A stretch of 64,000 bases of DNA from Eledone cirrhosa (GCA_964016885.1 OZ024753.1:32240001-32304000), one strand, 5' to 3'; positions 28,611 to 46,369 are shown, numbered from the stretch's first letter. Made by a program: numbers and translations. The notes: generated by a model not told the origin, from the letters alone.

Positions 28611-28982
28611 ATGTGTGTATATATATATCTCTATTAATGCGTGTGTGTATGTATATACATATGCCTTTTTATTAATATTTTATTTGTATGTCTGAGTTAG
28701 GTAACGTTGTAGTGTTTTTTATGTATATACGCATAAATGGATGCGTATGTATTGGTATATATGACTATAAGTAAGTGCATATGTATGTATGATTATATTT
28801 CTAATTCTATGTATGAATATACATGTATATATATGTGTGTATGTAAGTTGTGTGTGTATGTATGTATATGTCTATGTGTGTATGTATATATATATATATA
28901 TGTATATCGATGTACGTATATGTACGTACATGTATGTCTATGTATGTATGTATGTGTATGTATATTTAGGTGTGTGTGTATG

Positions 28983-29027
<45 letters not shown>

Positions 29028-29278
29028 ATATATATATATATGTATATATCTTTATTATTTATTTTTTTATATATATGTGTATGTGTGTATGTGTTGCGTG
29101 TGTGTGTGTGTGTATATATATCTTTATATATGTGTATGTGTATGTTCGTGTAGATGTATATGTGTGTATGACTTTATATGTATGTGTGTATGTATGTATG
29201 CGTATATATTTCTGTGTGTGTGTACATGTATGTATGTGTATATATCTGTATGTATATGTATGTGTATTTGTATGTGTA

Positions 29279-29326
<48 letters not shown>

Positions 29327-29353
29327 ATATATGTATATATATATGTATGTGTA

Positions 29354-29405
<52 letters not shown>

Positions 29406-29731
29406 TTTCTATTTGTATATGTATGTGTGTATAGGTATATACCTTTCTCTTTGTATTTCTATGTTGTGTGATAGTGTAGTTGGTGTTAGTATGGATATAC
29501 CGATATATAGATGCGTAAGTATTTGTCTGTATGTATATATGTAAATCTGTATATATTTGTGTGTATATATAGCTATGTATGTGTATATCTGTATGTATAT
29601 TAGTATGTAAGTGTTATATATTTGCATGTATGTGTGTGGTTATATATATCTGTGTCTGTATAGTATGTGTGATTATATGTATATGTGTGTGTATATGTAC
29701 GTGTATATGTATATGTATGTATATATATGTG

Positions 29732-29762
<31 letters not shown>

Positions 29763-29987
29763 ATATATATGTGTATGTGTATTTGTATGTATATGTGTAT
29801 ATGTATGTATGTGTGTATATGTATATGTTTATATATGTGTGTGTATGTATGTTCTTAGTGTGGATGTGGTTATATGTATGTATGTATTTATATATGTGTG
29901 TATATTTATGTATGGATGTGTAAGTGTCTATGTGTGTATATATATATGTAGGTTTTTTTTTATATATATTTTTTATATATATTTATA

Positions 29988-30036
<49 letters not shown>

Positions 30037-30694
30037 ATGTATGTGTATATGTGTATATTTATTTTCTTGATATATTTCTTTTTTCTTTTTTCTTTTTTCT
30101 TTTTTCTGTTCTTCTTTCTATTCTTTCCTCCTTAATGTTTTATTTATTATGTTTTATTTGTTTTATTTTTCTTAGTTTATAGATACATTTATATTAGGCA
30201 GTCTGTTCAGACCGTTGAATACTGACCCCCCCCCCCTCCCACCTAATTTCTGTATCTTGATCTGAAAATGTGTATGCCAGTGTTTTATGTGAGTGAATTA
30301 ATATCCATGTGCTTATGATTTTATATCCACATATATAAATGTGAGTGGGGGTGTGTGTGTGTTTGTATGTTCGTGGTTATGTGTATATTTATGCATATAC
30401 GCGCGTGTATGTGTGATTGTACGGATATGTGTGAGTATGAAAAAATATATTTATATACTTAACTTCATAAGTGTCAATAACTCACAGAGACATTAACCTT
30501 GAAATTTTGTGTTCGCATCCATCCTTTTAGTATGCGTATACAATTTATACATACATTTTTGTAAAATATGTGTAAGGGTTTTACATGTATATACACACAC
30601 CGAACTGCATTTAACCCTTTGTGTTTTCATTGGTCAATTTTTGTTCCCAAACGGACCTGAAATTTTGAATTGTTGTTATTATCAATAAATATAC

Positions 30695-30849
30695 TTCATT
30701 ATTTCTGAAGACGGCGTATATATGTGTTTGGTATGTATATTTAATCTTGATAATTTGTATAATTTTGTATAATTTTGTACATAGATCTGTTGAATATGCA
30801 TACCAATTCTAACACATATATATCCTAGAAACGATCGTTAAATAATGAA
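30695..30849 (+). ncRNA. type I hammerhead ribozyme with ~116-nt stem II
   Basis: TTCATTATTT-CTGAAGA-[30712-30827]-GAAA-CGATC-GTT^-AAATAATGAA; 10-bp perfect stem I; AACGATCGTT palindrome. Confidence 0.78.
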
Positions 30850-31035
30850 CTCTTTTTGTTTAATATAAGAAATTGTTTATTCATTATTTATTTAATATTT
30901 TATCTTGTACTCTGTATACCGTTTATCTTTCACCGAAAGTGGTTTTTCATTACATCTCTTCTTTCCATGATATCCGGAATACATTGAGTTCTTCATACGG
31001 ATTGGACACTACCGTAAACTCTTGGTAGATTTATC

Positions 31036-31287
<252 letters not shown>

Positions 31288-31657
31288 GGTAAGTTTAAGT
31301 AGGAGTCCCAGCTCACTGGTATCAATCCCACGGAACTCAACATTGCTCTCACTGATCATTTCTACGCATTTCTCCACAGCAAAATCCACGTCAATAGATG
31401 GATACAGGGACACAACATCCATACTACCTATTATGCAGTTTGTTAGATCCCTAGATCGGTTACTCTCGCCGATTCTGCTGAGGAGGGCCTCCGTGCTGTC
31501 ACATACATCTGGGGACATTTCAATGATGGGGCGTATGATCACGGAGAGGAAGTAGGACAGTCTGTAGTTACTAGCAATGTTAGCTCCACAGACTGGCCGT
31601 GTTGGTGGTCCCGTGACAGGGTCACTGCCCGTTTTATGGTCTTTTCGAAGCCCATAG
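31288..31657 (-). pseudogene. inverted 5' segment of second PLE RT
   Basis: [38 protein letters not shown], running into (TA)n. Confidence 0.88.
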
Positions 31658-33560
31658 TATTAATTACCTAGACACATATGACCTTAGCAACCTGTGCCCT
31701 ACAAGACCAGCAAGAGGCAGACCACCTACCATTACCCCAATGGCCAAGAAAACCCACACAGATAGATGGAACGGGTGGACCAAAGCCATACGGACACCCG
31801 AAAACCACGATGAACTAAATAAAATGATTGCACATGCGGTGGGGGGCCAGCATAAAATTAACCCTTAAGGAACATATGTTCAAATTTAATGGAAAAACAT
31901 ATGCCCAAGAGGAAGGAGCAGCCATTGGTGTTAGCATTGCAGGCGACATAGCTAACTTATTCATGGTATGGTGGTACAGTAGACTTAAACTTAAACTTAA
32001 ATAACAATTAGAAGACCCCTTAACCCTGATAATGTACTCCCGCTACGTTGATGATATAAACATTGTAGTTAAAACACCCCCACTAGAGAACGGTCAGGAA
32101 CTAGAGAAAAACACAATGGAGTGCATCCAGCAAATAGCTAACTCCATCCACCAGAGTATTAGAGTTACTATAGACTACCCAAGTAAATACCCCAACCATC
32201 GATTACCTGTACTAGACACAGAGCTCTGGTTAGATACCATTAATAACAAAAAACAAATCCTCCATTCCCATTATGCCAAACCCATGACTTCCAAATATCT
32301 GATCCACCGAAACTCAGCTGTTTCGGACCATACCAAAATCAACATACTGATTGCGGATTTGGTACGGGTGATGAGAAACGTGTCCCGCATGTGCAACGCC
32401 GAAGAACTAGAGAGACACATACAACACTTCATCCACCGTATGCAGTTCTCTGGTTACAATCAGAGAGATAAAATCAGAGTGTATTGAGGAGTTGAACCAA
32501 ATGGGAAAAAATAGTAAATAATGACACAAATGGGACCTGCCCCTTGTATAGGAGCAAATTTTGGAATAGAATAGAAAGAACTAGGAATAAGGCTAATAGA
32601 ATAAACTCATGGTATGATAGCAATAAATACCAGAGTGTAATGTTCATCGATACAACCCCTAGAGTTGAATTAGCTTACAAATTTAGAAGGGCCCTAGATA
32701 AACATAAACTCAATATTAAGATAGTAGAAAGACCAGGTACCTCCGTAAAAACATTTATTAGCAAGACATACCATTTTCAAAGACCCCCCTATATAGATAA
32801 GAAATGTATAATCTGTAAATTAAGCCCCCATATTAACTGTAAAACTAGAAATGTAGTATATAGAATAAGATGTACTGAAGGACAAATAGAGACAAAAATA
32901 TAGTGTACATAGGTGAGACAGCTCGTAGTGTTGGGGAACGGATAAATGAACACTGGCGAGACCTTCAAGATAGTAAAGAATCATCTGTACTCTACCTACA
33001 TGCTAAAATAGAATATAAGGGTAAATTAGAGAACATAGAAATAAAAATAGAATCTACACACAGAAAAGACGCAATGTTTAGACAAATCACAGAGGCAATA
33101 AACATAAAAGAATTACAACCAAAATTAAATAGAAAACATGAGTGGAACAGCAACATCACAACTTACAATTAAGGACAAAATGAAAACACACACGCACATA
33201 GAACAAACAACCAACCTGTAACATGTAAATATACAAATAAATAAACGAATATAAACACACAGACACCCGGATGTGGCGCATGCGCAGACGGAGCACACAA
33301 CACACACACAGAAACAAAATGGCGTAAGACAGAACAAAGGAGAGGCACAAAAACAAAGAAAAAAATCCCCCAGTCACTGAAGAAGTCACAGAATGTGTGA
33401 CGAAAGAACTTTGACAATATATAAACAACCATCGGTTGTGGAACCAACCAACCAACCGCAAATTTATAAATTCCTGAATTTATAAATTTATTATAATAAC
33501 TTGAAGTGAAAGCTACTGGCGCGTGTGTTTCTTATTGGCAACATGACCCTCCCAAAGTAT

Positions 33561-33566
<6 letters not shown>
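31654..33566 (+). pseudogene. second PLE (Neptune-like): RT 3' half, GIY-YIG and pLTR, with stops/frameshifts
   Basis: FKFNGKTYAQEEGAAIG, RYVDD, LPVLD, CIIC..CKTRNVVYRIRC..YIGETARS..ERINEH. Confidence 0.9.
33373..33415 (+). ncRNA. minimal hammerhead ribozyme in PLE pLTR
   Basis: GTCA-CTGAAGA-a-GTCACA(GAATG)TGTGAC-GAAA-GAA-CTT^-TGAC. Confidence 0.75.
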
Positions 33567-33626
<60 letters not shown>

Positions 33627-36612
33627 GCACATTCATACATCTCATCGCATAAAAAATACATATTGACTTCATGCTTTCTATAAGACAGAAATGTCGTATA
33701 TTTTAAGATTTATTGAAGTTTAGGATTGTGAAAAAAATGTGTTCTTACACTCTGCTGCTTTTCCAAAGTTAAACCATGTGTGTTAAATATGGCGGTCATA
33801 TATAACCGAGTACACAGCGAAACACACAGATATGTGTGAAATATTCACACGCTTATGTGTGAAAATTCTCGTTCTAATAGTATAGGATACATTTCTTTAA
33901 TAAATGACGAAACCGAAATAAAATATTTTGAAATAAAATTATAAAGTTATTTCGCGAGAATCTTAACACGTTTTGTCTTCACGAAAATTCATTCTTCATT
34001 TTACGTCGTATCACTTTAACCTATCTCTTTTGCTCTATTATTTTAACTTGCCATCAAGTGATAAGAAATCAATATAACTATACAATAGTTTAATTAGTTA
34101 ATATTGGTATATAATTAACAAGATTATACCAATAAAATAATATTACCATCAATCATCATCATTTTTATTTGATTTAAATAATTACAGTAGGAGAAAATAC
34201 AATCAAATTCTTGAAAAAGTGTTTATTTGTTTACAATTGTTTCAGAGGACAAAATCACAATTTAATCTATAAAATATATATATATACACATGCATATATA
34301 TATATATACATACATATACATACATATGACATATTCAATATAGAAATGGCTTCTTCATGAGTAGAAGTGTTTCATTCAAAGTAAAACATCAGGAAAGCCC
34401 CGATGATTTCCTGATGTTGTCTACACACTCTACTAATTTATTGAGTACCTTACCTGTTTTGGTTACCCTCGATTGAACCCAGGACTTACATGACTGTCTG
34501 TCTCTCTCTCTCTCAATCGCTTTGTCATGCCTCTCTATTTTAAACTTCACCTTCAATTTAAATAGGAGTAGAGTGGAATGAAAATAGAGTGGAATGAACG
34601 TTCTTCGGTTGAGAAGGTGAATGTTTCAATGGATCGATAAATAGAATAGTTAACTGGTGAAATTAGCATGCAAGTGACTGAGCATTCCACAGACATGATA
34701 TTATGAGACATGACTGTGCTTTTGAATTATAGATAAATTTTTTCACAATGCTTGCATCGAACTGAGACAGTGATAAGAACCTGGGACCTTATAATTATGG
34801 AGAAAACTCTGAAACATGTGTCCATCCATTACACAGAGGAAATATATATCGCCTTGTAATAAATTGCATGCTATTCACTTTAGTCAATGTACACTTTGTA
34901 TTTCAATTGACGCCATATTATGAATAACGCAATTCTTCTGGTATTTGATCAAAGACATTAACAGCATTTTTCATTCTTCACCCACTCCTCTCTCCTTCTC
35001 CACTCCTGATCTTTCATGTTATCCATTCTTCCAATATCTACCTATTTATTTCTCCATCTTGTCTCTCATTGTTTCATTTATCTTGCATATCCGAAGGGAT
35101 CTATTGTCAAAGAGAAGTCTTCGGGATTAGTAACATAGAATTTGTAATTCGAATTGATGCAACAGAGCGCAGTTTTTGGCATTAAAAGCCTTGAATATAA
35201 ATATCTCCGTTTGAAAGCTAAGGTTGGAATAGATTAGCTTAACGAGACAAGTTTCAATGAAAAAACACTTTATAGATAGATGTGAAAGCAGATTGAATTC
35301 TTGAGAATACTGCAGCTATCTTTGTCGTTGGAAATGACAAACAATTCGATGTCATTTCCTCAAGGAGAAACAATTAACCTGCAATTGACTAAAATACAAT
35401 GAAGGAAATGGTAGGCATTTCTCATTCATATAGGCTGAGATAAACTGAAGACAGAGAAATGGGTTATATGTATAAATGTTTTTACTTGGAATTATTCACT
35501 ACTCTCTTTTACTATAGCAAATCAAAATTACATATTATTCGCATGAGAATTGCACACAGTGAATTATTGTTCGTAGGTTCATCTCACTTTCTTTTACCAA
35601 ACGACTACGGGTAAACCGTTCGTTTATGAAAGAAAAAAAAGAAAGAAACACAATTTCTTTACAGAATGTTTTCATACAACTCCATAACGTGTAACATTAA
35701 CGAGCTCATATAAATGGCTTAATATCGATATTTTATGTGAAACGAACCAATACTTTCAAAAACATGCCAGATGTGTGTGTGTGTGTGATGTTGACGGACG
35801 CGAAAACTCAATACTGAAGCCTTTAATAATATTCTTTATTTCGGCTAAGGGATGCACCTGTGTCCCTGACACTTTTTAATTCATAGTTCATAGAACAAGT
35901 TTAAATAGAAATTAAATCCACACAAAAAAAATACAGCTACATGTGCAGAACACAAAATGATGGCAAAACATCGATACATCGACGCAAGACCAGCTCCTCA
36001 CGCGCGTTTGTGCGAATGCGTGTCTTTAAATACTCGGAAAGCATGCTTTGCGGCATATAGTTATGGACATTTATATTCTGGGTTAAAATCCAACCGAAGT
36101 TAACTTTGCCTTTAATCCTTACACGGCCAATAAAAATGAAGAACCAGTAATGCATTGGAGGGTTATTCAATTTATATTTCTCTTCTTTTCAAATCACTGA
36201 CCTTGTGCCAAAAGTAAAAATTATTTATTTGTATGAACAAGATCCTAAAATACTCAGAAAAATAACACATCCTTGAAGTATTGCTTAATACACCATCTTA
36301 GATGCAAAACATGTTCGATGTGGTTTATGATGCGACTGCTATAATCTTTCTCAACCAATCTGTTTGAAGTATTTAGCTATATGTCTTCCTTTCATATCAA
36401 CTAAATTTAGAATGTGTAAAGACAGGATGTGAAAGACGAGAGAACTATGGAAATATGAAACGAAACATCGTCGTGACACGAAGGAACAAGGATTAAAAGC
36501 CAATTAGATATGCAAAGCAGCTTATATCGAGATGAAGATAGAGAAACGTACGTTTATTGACATGGCTTTCTAATTGATGCCTTGTTTTATGGATTACCCA
36601 CACCGTATGTAT

Positions 36613-36688
<76 letters not shown>

Positions 36689-36869
36689 GTACACATACAA
36701 GGCGGGTAACCGAGTGAGCCAGCGCACTTCTTCATTTATATATATTTGTATGTCGATGTACGTCTGCATATATATATATTTATATATGTAACGTTTTAGC
36801 TAAGTGGGCTCTTTTGAACCAATATATGTAGATGTACCTATTTGTATAAAGTATATATATATATGTGTA

Positions 36870-36900
<31 letters not shown>

Positions 36901-37429
36901 TCATATATATATATATATATATATTCATACATATACACACATAGTCATACATACATACGTGATTATCATTGTTCTGATTATAGGATTTGGATGAAATATT
37001 TATAACTATTTTTCACTTTGTAATGTCACTGTATCTTGTTTGCAAGGCATAGTTGTAGTTAAACGGATTTTCCTGAGAAACGCTGAGAATTCAATCCGAT
37101 TTTATACACGGATTTCACTCCTCTATTTCCGTCTTCTTGTTTGTAATGTATGTAACAATATAGTTTATCTTTAGGATTACTGGGAAGGGATTATATTTGA
37201 CATTAAACCACTGGGATATATTATTTACGTAGGGAAAATAGTAATAAAATAATTTATATCACAATTTTTATATTCTTTTACTGCGACGATACTATGGCAC
37301 ACCGTATACAGTTTCAGTTATCTTATTAACTCAACTACTCTTTGTCAAGTCAGGTACTTATTTCATCGATCCTTTTTTTTGTTGAACCGTTAAGTTAGAG
37401 GAGATTCATTTAGCAACAGTCCATCTATT

Positions 37430-37720
37430 CTTTCTTTTACTGCTTTCAGTCATTGGAAGTAGCCATGCTGGAGCACCGACTCGAACGTACTTAATTGAAC
37501 ATATCTTCTCTTATTTTTCTCACGTTTGAACGGAACTACACATGCGCGCACACACACACATGCGCTCAAACACTCACCCCATTATTAATATTCGATGAAC
37601 TTTTGCACAGATTTCGTTCACTGAATTTCACTCACAAGGCATTGGTCAACAATGTTTAGCTGTTGTAGAAGACACTTGCCCAAGGAGCCACCGGTTGGCA
37701 GATGAACTCTTTAAATAAAC
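37430..37720 (-). mobile_element. degenerate CORE-like SINE sharing its 3' tail with the CR1-like LINE
   Basis: CACTCACAAGGCATTGGTC..GAAGACACTTGCCCAAGG plus CTTTTACT..TTTCAGTCA..GCCATGCTGGAGCACCG, similar to 16720-16775; related copies at ~54675-54820 (+) and ~55665-55910 (-). Confidence 0.6.
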
Positions 37721-38982
37721 TGCTATGTCTTCGTCTTATAGATACAAAAAAAGCTATAAAACCATTAAATTCAAAATGACAACAGGTAATATTCAGCAAC
37801 ATCAAAATCAATAGTGTTATCTATAGGTTAGATATGTTTGTTGAAGTATGATACCTCGCTTTAATAAGCGGCATTGCGGAAGGTAAACAAAAGATTCGGG
37901 AAGGCGTAACAGTCATTCCCCAGAAAGAAAAACAGATTCACTTCAACCAACTACATTCTGCTCACGAACACACACTCAGACACACACACACACATAACAC
38001 AGTCTGTATAATTCGGTATGATCCTATACTAATTCTTCTAATATTTGCACAGATAAACTGCATCATAGACTGCTACATCAACTCAAATAGAATCGTGTGT
38101 CTGCATTGGTCAGAATAAAGAGTTGTATTTCAGTTCAGTCTAAAACACAACTTTCTAAATAACAGACCAATTTATATAATTCCTGAGGCCATTCCATAAC
38201 GAGTTCTCTCTCTCTCTCTCTCTCTCAAACATGAGATGTAAATGACTGTAGAATAGGAATGTTGTTTACATTATATATATACAAACGCACGCAGACCTTT
38301 CATATATATATATATATACATATCTATCTATCTATATATATATTAGGTTATCCAAGAAATGCTTAGGATTAACCTGAATGCAGTAATGGTTAATTACTAC
38401 ACTAGATAGAGTCGACGTACGGTGAGGGTTACTCAACGAGTTATGAAAGAACAGTTAAAGAAACTCGGTTTCCGATTCCTCTGTATTCCGGAGTGTAGAT
38501 AAAGAATGATTAATAAAACAGGTAGACATCATAAAAAGGTAATTTATTCCGAGTGTTTACAAATGTTTCTTTAGTAGTTACACAGCCTAGTCATGCTATG
38601 TGCAAATTGGTAGTTATTTATTTGCAGATACTCAATTTTCAAATGCTGTTCATTTTACCAAGTCTTCAAAGCGCATGGCTAAATTGTAAATTCCCTTGAA
38701 TTTCTTAAAGGGAGTTATTGGGGAACATAGAGTGGAAAAGGAAGAGAGAAAGAAGGAGAGAGAGATAGATATGTAGGGGTCGGGGAAATGGAAGAGGGTG
38801 GTTTGAAGAATACAGATAGCTTAATCTAAATGCTGTGATAGGGGCCCAATAAGTGTTTTTATTATACTGCTTACTCTCAAAGTGACAACTTAGGCATTGT
38901 GTTGATATTGTCAAGTTTGGAATTATTTATTATGACAGAGTGCAGGTTAATAGATGTGGAGAAGGAGGAGATAGACAGAGGG

Positions 38983-38984
<2 letters not shown>

Positions 38985-39053
<69 letters not shown>

Positions 39054-39100
39054 GAGAGAGAGAAAGGGAGAGAGAGAAAGAGAAAGAGAGAGAGAGGGGA
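38985..39100. repeat. (GA)n microsatellite
   Basis: Seen directly. Confidence 0.95.
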
Positions 39101-39343
39101 CAGAAAAAAACTAAGAGAAGGGGAAGGAAAGGCGATATACACCGAGTTGGTAGTTGTAGTTTGCTGATCGCACTTAAGTATCCATTTATTACGATAAGCA
39201 AGGTACTGGCTTGTAGTGTGTGTGTGTTTGGGGGGGGGGGGGGTATAGTTAGGAAGTAGTTATTGAGTGAAATTAGTTAGCGAGAAAGTGGTGTAGTAGT
39301 CTCGGGTCCATATTATGTTAAGTTACCATATTATGTTAAGTTA

Positions 39344-39530
39344 AGAGGCGGTGGATTGGCAGTATCGGTAGAAGGTCGGACGCCATGCTTTCCAGCATAG
39401 TTACGTCCCTTTACGATCTGAGTTCAAATCCCGCCGAGGTTGACTTTGCCTTTCATCCTTACGGGGTCGATAAAATAAAGTACCAGTAATGCACTGGGTA
39501 ATTGCTGGCCTTGTGCCTAAAGTAGAAACA
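39344..39530 (+). mobile_element. full-length tRNA-derived SINE with TSD
   Basis: A-box TGGCAGTATCGG, B-box GTTCAAATCC, Meta-like central domain; TSD ATTATGTTAAGTTA at 39330-39343 and 39531-39544. Confidence 0.9.
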
Positions 39531-40608
39531 ATTATGTTAAGTTACTTTTATAGTGAGAAAATGTAGCCTTCAGTTTGTGGATGCAGTATAACGATCGTTC
39601 GATTCTGTCATTTAGTAAGTTGTTTTTAGATTTCAAGATATGAAAGAGTGCATAATCTGCAGTACTTTAATCCACTCGGATATGCACTAGCGCTGGATAA
39701 TTTATCCCATTTTAAGGTGAACTGCCGGTTGTATTCACGGTGTTACTAGGTCTTATTAACGAGTGTGGTTACATAATGGTGTTCAGGATGTTTAATCGAA
39801 AATCAATGACGATACCAGCGTGATTAAAAGGAGGTAGTGGTAGACTCGACGTAATATCATTTCTGGTCATTTGATTCGAATAAATAACTACCAATTTGCG
39901 CATAGCATGACTAGGCTGTGTAACTACTAAAGAAACATTTGTAAGCACTCGGAATAAATTACCTTTTTATGATGTCTACCTGTATTATTAATCATTCTTC
40001 ATATATATATATATATATACATAAAAACATATATATACATATATAAATATATTTATATATGTACATACATACATATGCACAGACACACATATATTCATAT
40101 ATTTATGATTAATTCAATAGATTCAGTAGTAATAATTCCTATTACATATATAATACAGATCAATTACAAATCTTTCTCAGATCTTATATGTTATTCAGTT
40201 CGTGTTTTATTGTATTCTACAAGCGAAAAATTTCAAACGTCATTATTAGAATAATTCATTCTAAAAGTATTAAACTATAGTTTTCGCCTACATCGAGTAA
40301 CCCGATTATTATTATAATATCAGAAAATGACTGAGAGTCTGCGATGAATTAGTTTTATTACGTGACAGGTTTCTGAAATCATAAAAGGCCGTGTAAATAT
40401 ATATTTAGAAATAAAATTCATAAACGAAAGCAATAAATTTGGAGTAGTACACACACACATGCTAAAACACACGCATACACACACATATGCATATATCTCT
40501 TCGGTTTAAATCTCTCTATGCTCTGTCTTTTAAATACACACAATATACTAACATATGCATATTCACACAAATACACAGACAAAAGCACCCCCTACTATAT
40601 ATATATAT

Positions 40609-40738
40609 ACTCATGTACACCCACAAACGTCAATATATATGGCGAATATATCCTTATTATACTTGTATATATATATATATACAAGTATAATAAGGATATA
40701 TTCGCCATATATATTGACAGTTGTGGGTGTACATGAGT
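40609..40738. repeat. 130-bp near-perfect palindrome centred on (TA)n
   Basis: ACTCATGTACACCCACAA...TTGTGGGTGTACATGAGT. Confidence 0.9.
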
Positions 40739-41009
40739 GACAAATATTTCAAACAAGTATGTCTGTCTGGAAGTTAATTTCAATAGTCAGACACTCTTTG
40801 GTATTAATTTATTTTAATAAAATAGAACTAGACACGTTTAGTATTCTTCAGCTATATAATTAAATACAATCTCATTAGTAGCTTTCATATGGTTGTGGCA
40901 TCAGACATGGTGTAGCATGAATGCACATCACTTTTGAAGAGTTATATCTCAAACTGAAATGATAGCTTAATATTTCTTATAACAAACAGATTCTTGTGTT
41001 CTTGTTTTA

Positions 41010-41550
41010 AGGTTGCACCAATTTCTCTCAAGTGTGATACCCCCTAAGGACTTGACCAGAATCAAAAAAAAGGTAGCACCCACGACCATTTTAAGGAATA
41101 CGAGACAACTAGGGAGAAAGAAGGATGTTTGCTGTTAGACTGGCCGCCAATTTAAATGACTCTGTGACTGGGTGTAAGAAATGAGGACGCTGTCTTCAGA
41201 CTGGAGGCATTGTCCGGCCGAATGTTTGCTTTACAGTCTCATGGGGCTGATAGTAGAAAATTCTATAAGTCAGCGTCATCAAACCAGGCGACAGTTTCTC
41301 TGACGGGTCTTTTAGGGTTTGCCTGGCCTAAGGATACGACAATACACTAGCTCTTTTTTTCACCTCCTTTCTCTATTACATCATCGATTCCTTCCATTTT
41401 TAAATGATAGCTTAACATTTTTTAAACCAAATCCCATGCCCCCCACCCCACCTCTAGTTCTACATCATGGGATGTTTATCTTGAAATATTTAGATTCATC
41501 TAAAAACATACCATCATTATATTTAAGTTTTCTTGTAAACACCAACTAGA
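41010..41550 (-). mobile_element. possible old Tx1/L1-like ORF2 C-terminal remnant
   Basis: Higher GC; minus-strand traces such as PVRE...HETVKQTF resemble a decayed zf-RVT region; weak. Confidence 0.3.
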
Positions 41551-42379
41551 TAATGATTTCCGATTTAAGTACATGTCCAACACTTTTGGGGGAGAGAAAC
41601 GTCGATTAAATCTACCCCAGTGCATTAGTGGTTACATTACTTTGTCGAACCTGTAAGGATGAAAGGCAAAACTAACATCGGCGGGATTTGAACTTGACAC
41701 CAGCTCAATAATAACAATAATGAGTATTACTAAATCTCAAAATAGCAAAATGTTTTATATTACTAAATCTTAGAAGTGCTACCATGAAAATCGAAGTCCA
41801 AATTATAGTTACGAGACGAACCTCTAACTATACAGCTATACCTGCACCCAATTACCACAATCGGACGCAAAGATCCTAATTTATGTTTATTTTGAAGTTT
41901 AGTAAAATGGCTTTGTGTTTAATATTTGTATATCAGAATATATCGCAACTGTCATTTGAAACAAATGGCCTCTCTTTATATCCACCACGTATACAAGTAT
42001 TCAAATTGTTACTGGCTTTTATGAAATTTATCTGAAAATGGCGATGATATATTTGGAAAAACATCTAAATTTAGATTGTTACATCAACAATTTCAATCTC
42101 TATCTTCATAGCCAATTTCCAATTCCCATGAGGAAATTTAGTGATGAATTGATATCGTTTTATTATTTTGACTATTACAATATTTCATATTGATGCAGCC
42201 ATCTATCTTTATTTTAAGTTTACCCACTAAGCGAAGAGATACAAATACGATGCAATAAGCAGCTTATCTATAGGACCCATGTCTTCTAGCATTGACAAAA
42301 TCATCAAATGGGAAACAAATTAAGGTGTGTATGATTGATAAATAAATGGAATCTCGGGGTCTGGATAGAAGGATGTGTT

Positions 42380-45495
<3,116 letters not shown>

Positions 45496-45496
45496 T

Positions 45497-46085
45497 CTGC
45501 TGTCAAGGGTGGGACCGATCCGGTTGACCACCGAGTCTATTGTAATGATCAAGCCGCCTCCCCCCTTCAAAGATGAAGCAGAGGCGGTGTTTCTGTGCGT
45601 AATAGCCATGGCGAAAGAGGTTGTATGGTGGACGCGTCTGAAAGGACTGAGGTCAGGCACCTTTCTCTCTGGCCAACAACTGGTCCGTTTCTTCCGATAT
45701 CATTTCGGAAGAAGGATCAGGATGGAGAGAGAGGTGCTGCACCCCAGCCGTTTCTATGAAAGATGGGTGAAAGTGGCGAGAATGGCCCGTGTGAATGGGC
45801 CTTCACTCTACATCAGACTATAGGTGAGGAAGATGAAAGACCAAGGGAGCACCCCTTCTCTGTGCTCCTGAGGAGAAGGGTTGCACACTTTTTTCGGGGG
45901 TGTGTGCGACCCCCCAAGGCGCCTCCTCTCTATTGAGGATTTTGTTAAAAATTTTATTTTTTGTTATATCTTATTTTATTTTTATATTTTGTTATTGCCT
46001 CCTCCTTATTGAGGACGCCTTTTTGTGTAAACTCCCCCCTTTGTACTTGTCCCACTTTTGATGCCCTAGTGGCAAATAAAAGAAA
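45497..46085 (+). mobile_element. Tx1/L1-type LINE 3' end
   Basis: AKEVVWWTRLK...FYERW ORF2 C-terminus (45509-45823), 3' UTR and AATAAA at 46075-46080. Confidence 0.75.
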
Positions 46086-46180
46086 TATATCTATATATAT
46101 ATATAGTATTAAGGATACTATTTATGGTTATGTATGTAATAAAACCTTTTATGGTAATATATTTTTCATACAAACCTTAA

Positions 46181-46256
<76 letters not shown>

Positions 46257-46369
46257 ATGACAGGTTCAGCTACCCCTTTCTTCCACAAATCGCCATGATA
46301 GAATTATGTGTCTCAACAACAAACTTTTGACCAATCCTTGTGACAATCACTTTTACCATATATGGAATT

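Larger units (their letters stand above)
38502..39999. repeat. ~120-bp inverted repeat pair (38502-38622 / 39879-39999)
   Basis: Near-perfect reverse complements ~1.26 kb apart. Confidence 0.85.

Noticed and set aside
19627-30900. DNA transposon/Polinton with long TIRs
   Set aside because: Only a PLE RT-EN ORF is inside, and the left arm is a copy of its 3' region joined at the ORF 5' end
34384-34418. 12-bp hairpin AACATCAGGAAA/TTTCCTGATGTT
   Set aside because: Isolated, with no complete ribozyme core (CTGATGT)
39344-39440. tRNA genes
   Set aside because: A/B boxes belong to SINE heads; no cloverleaf
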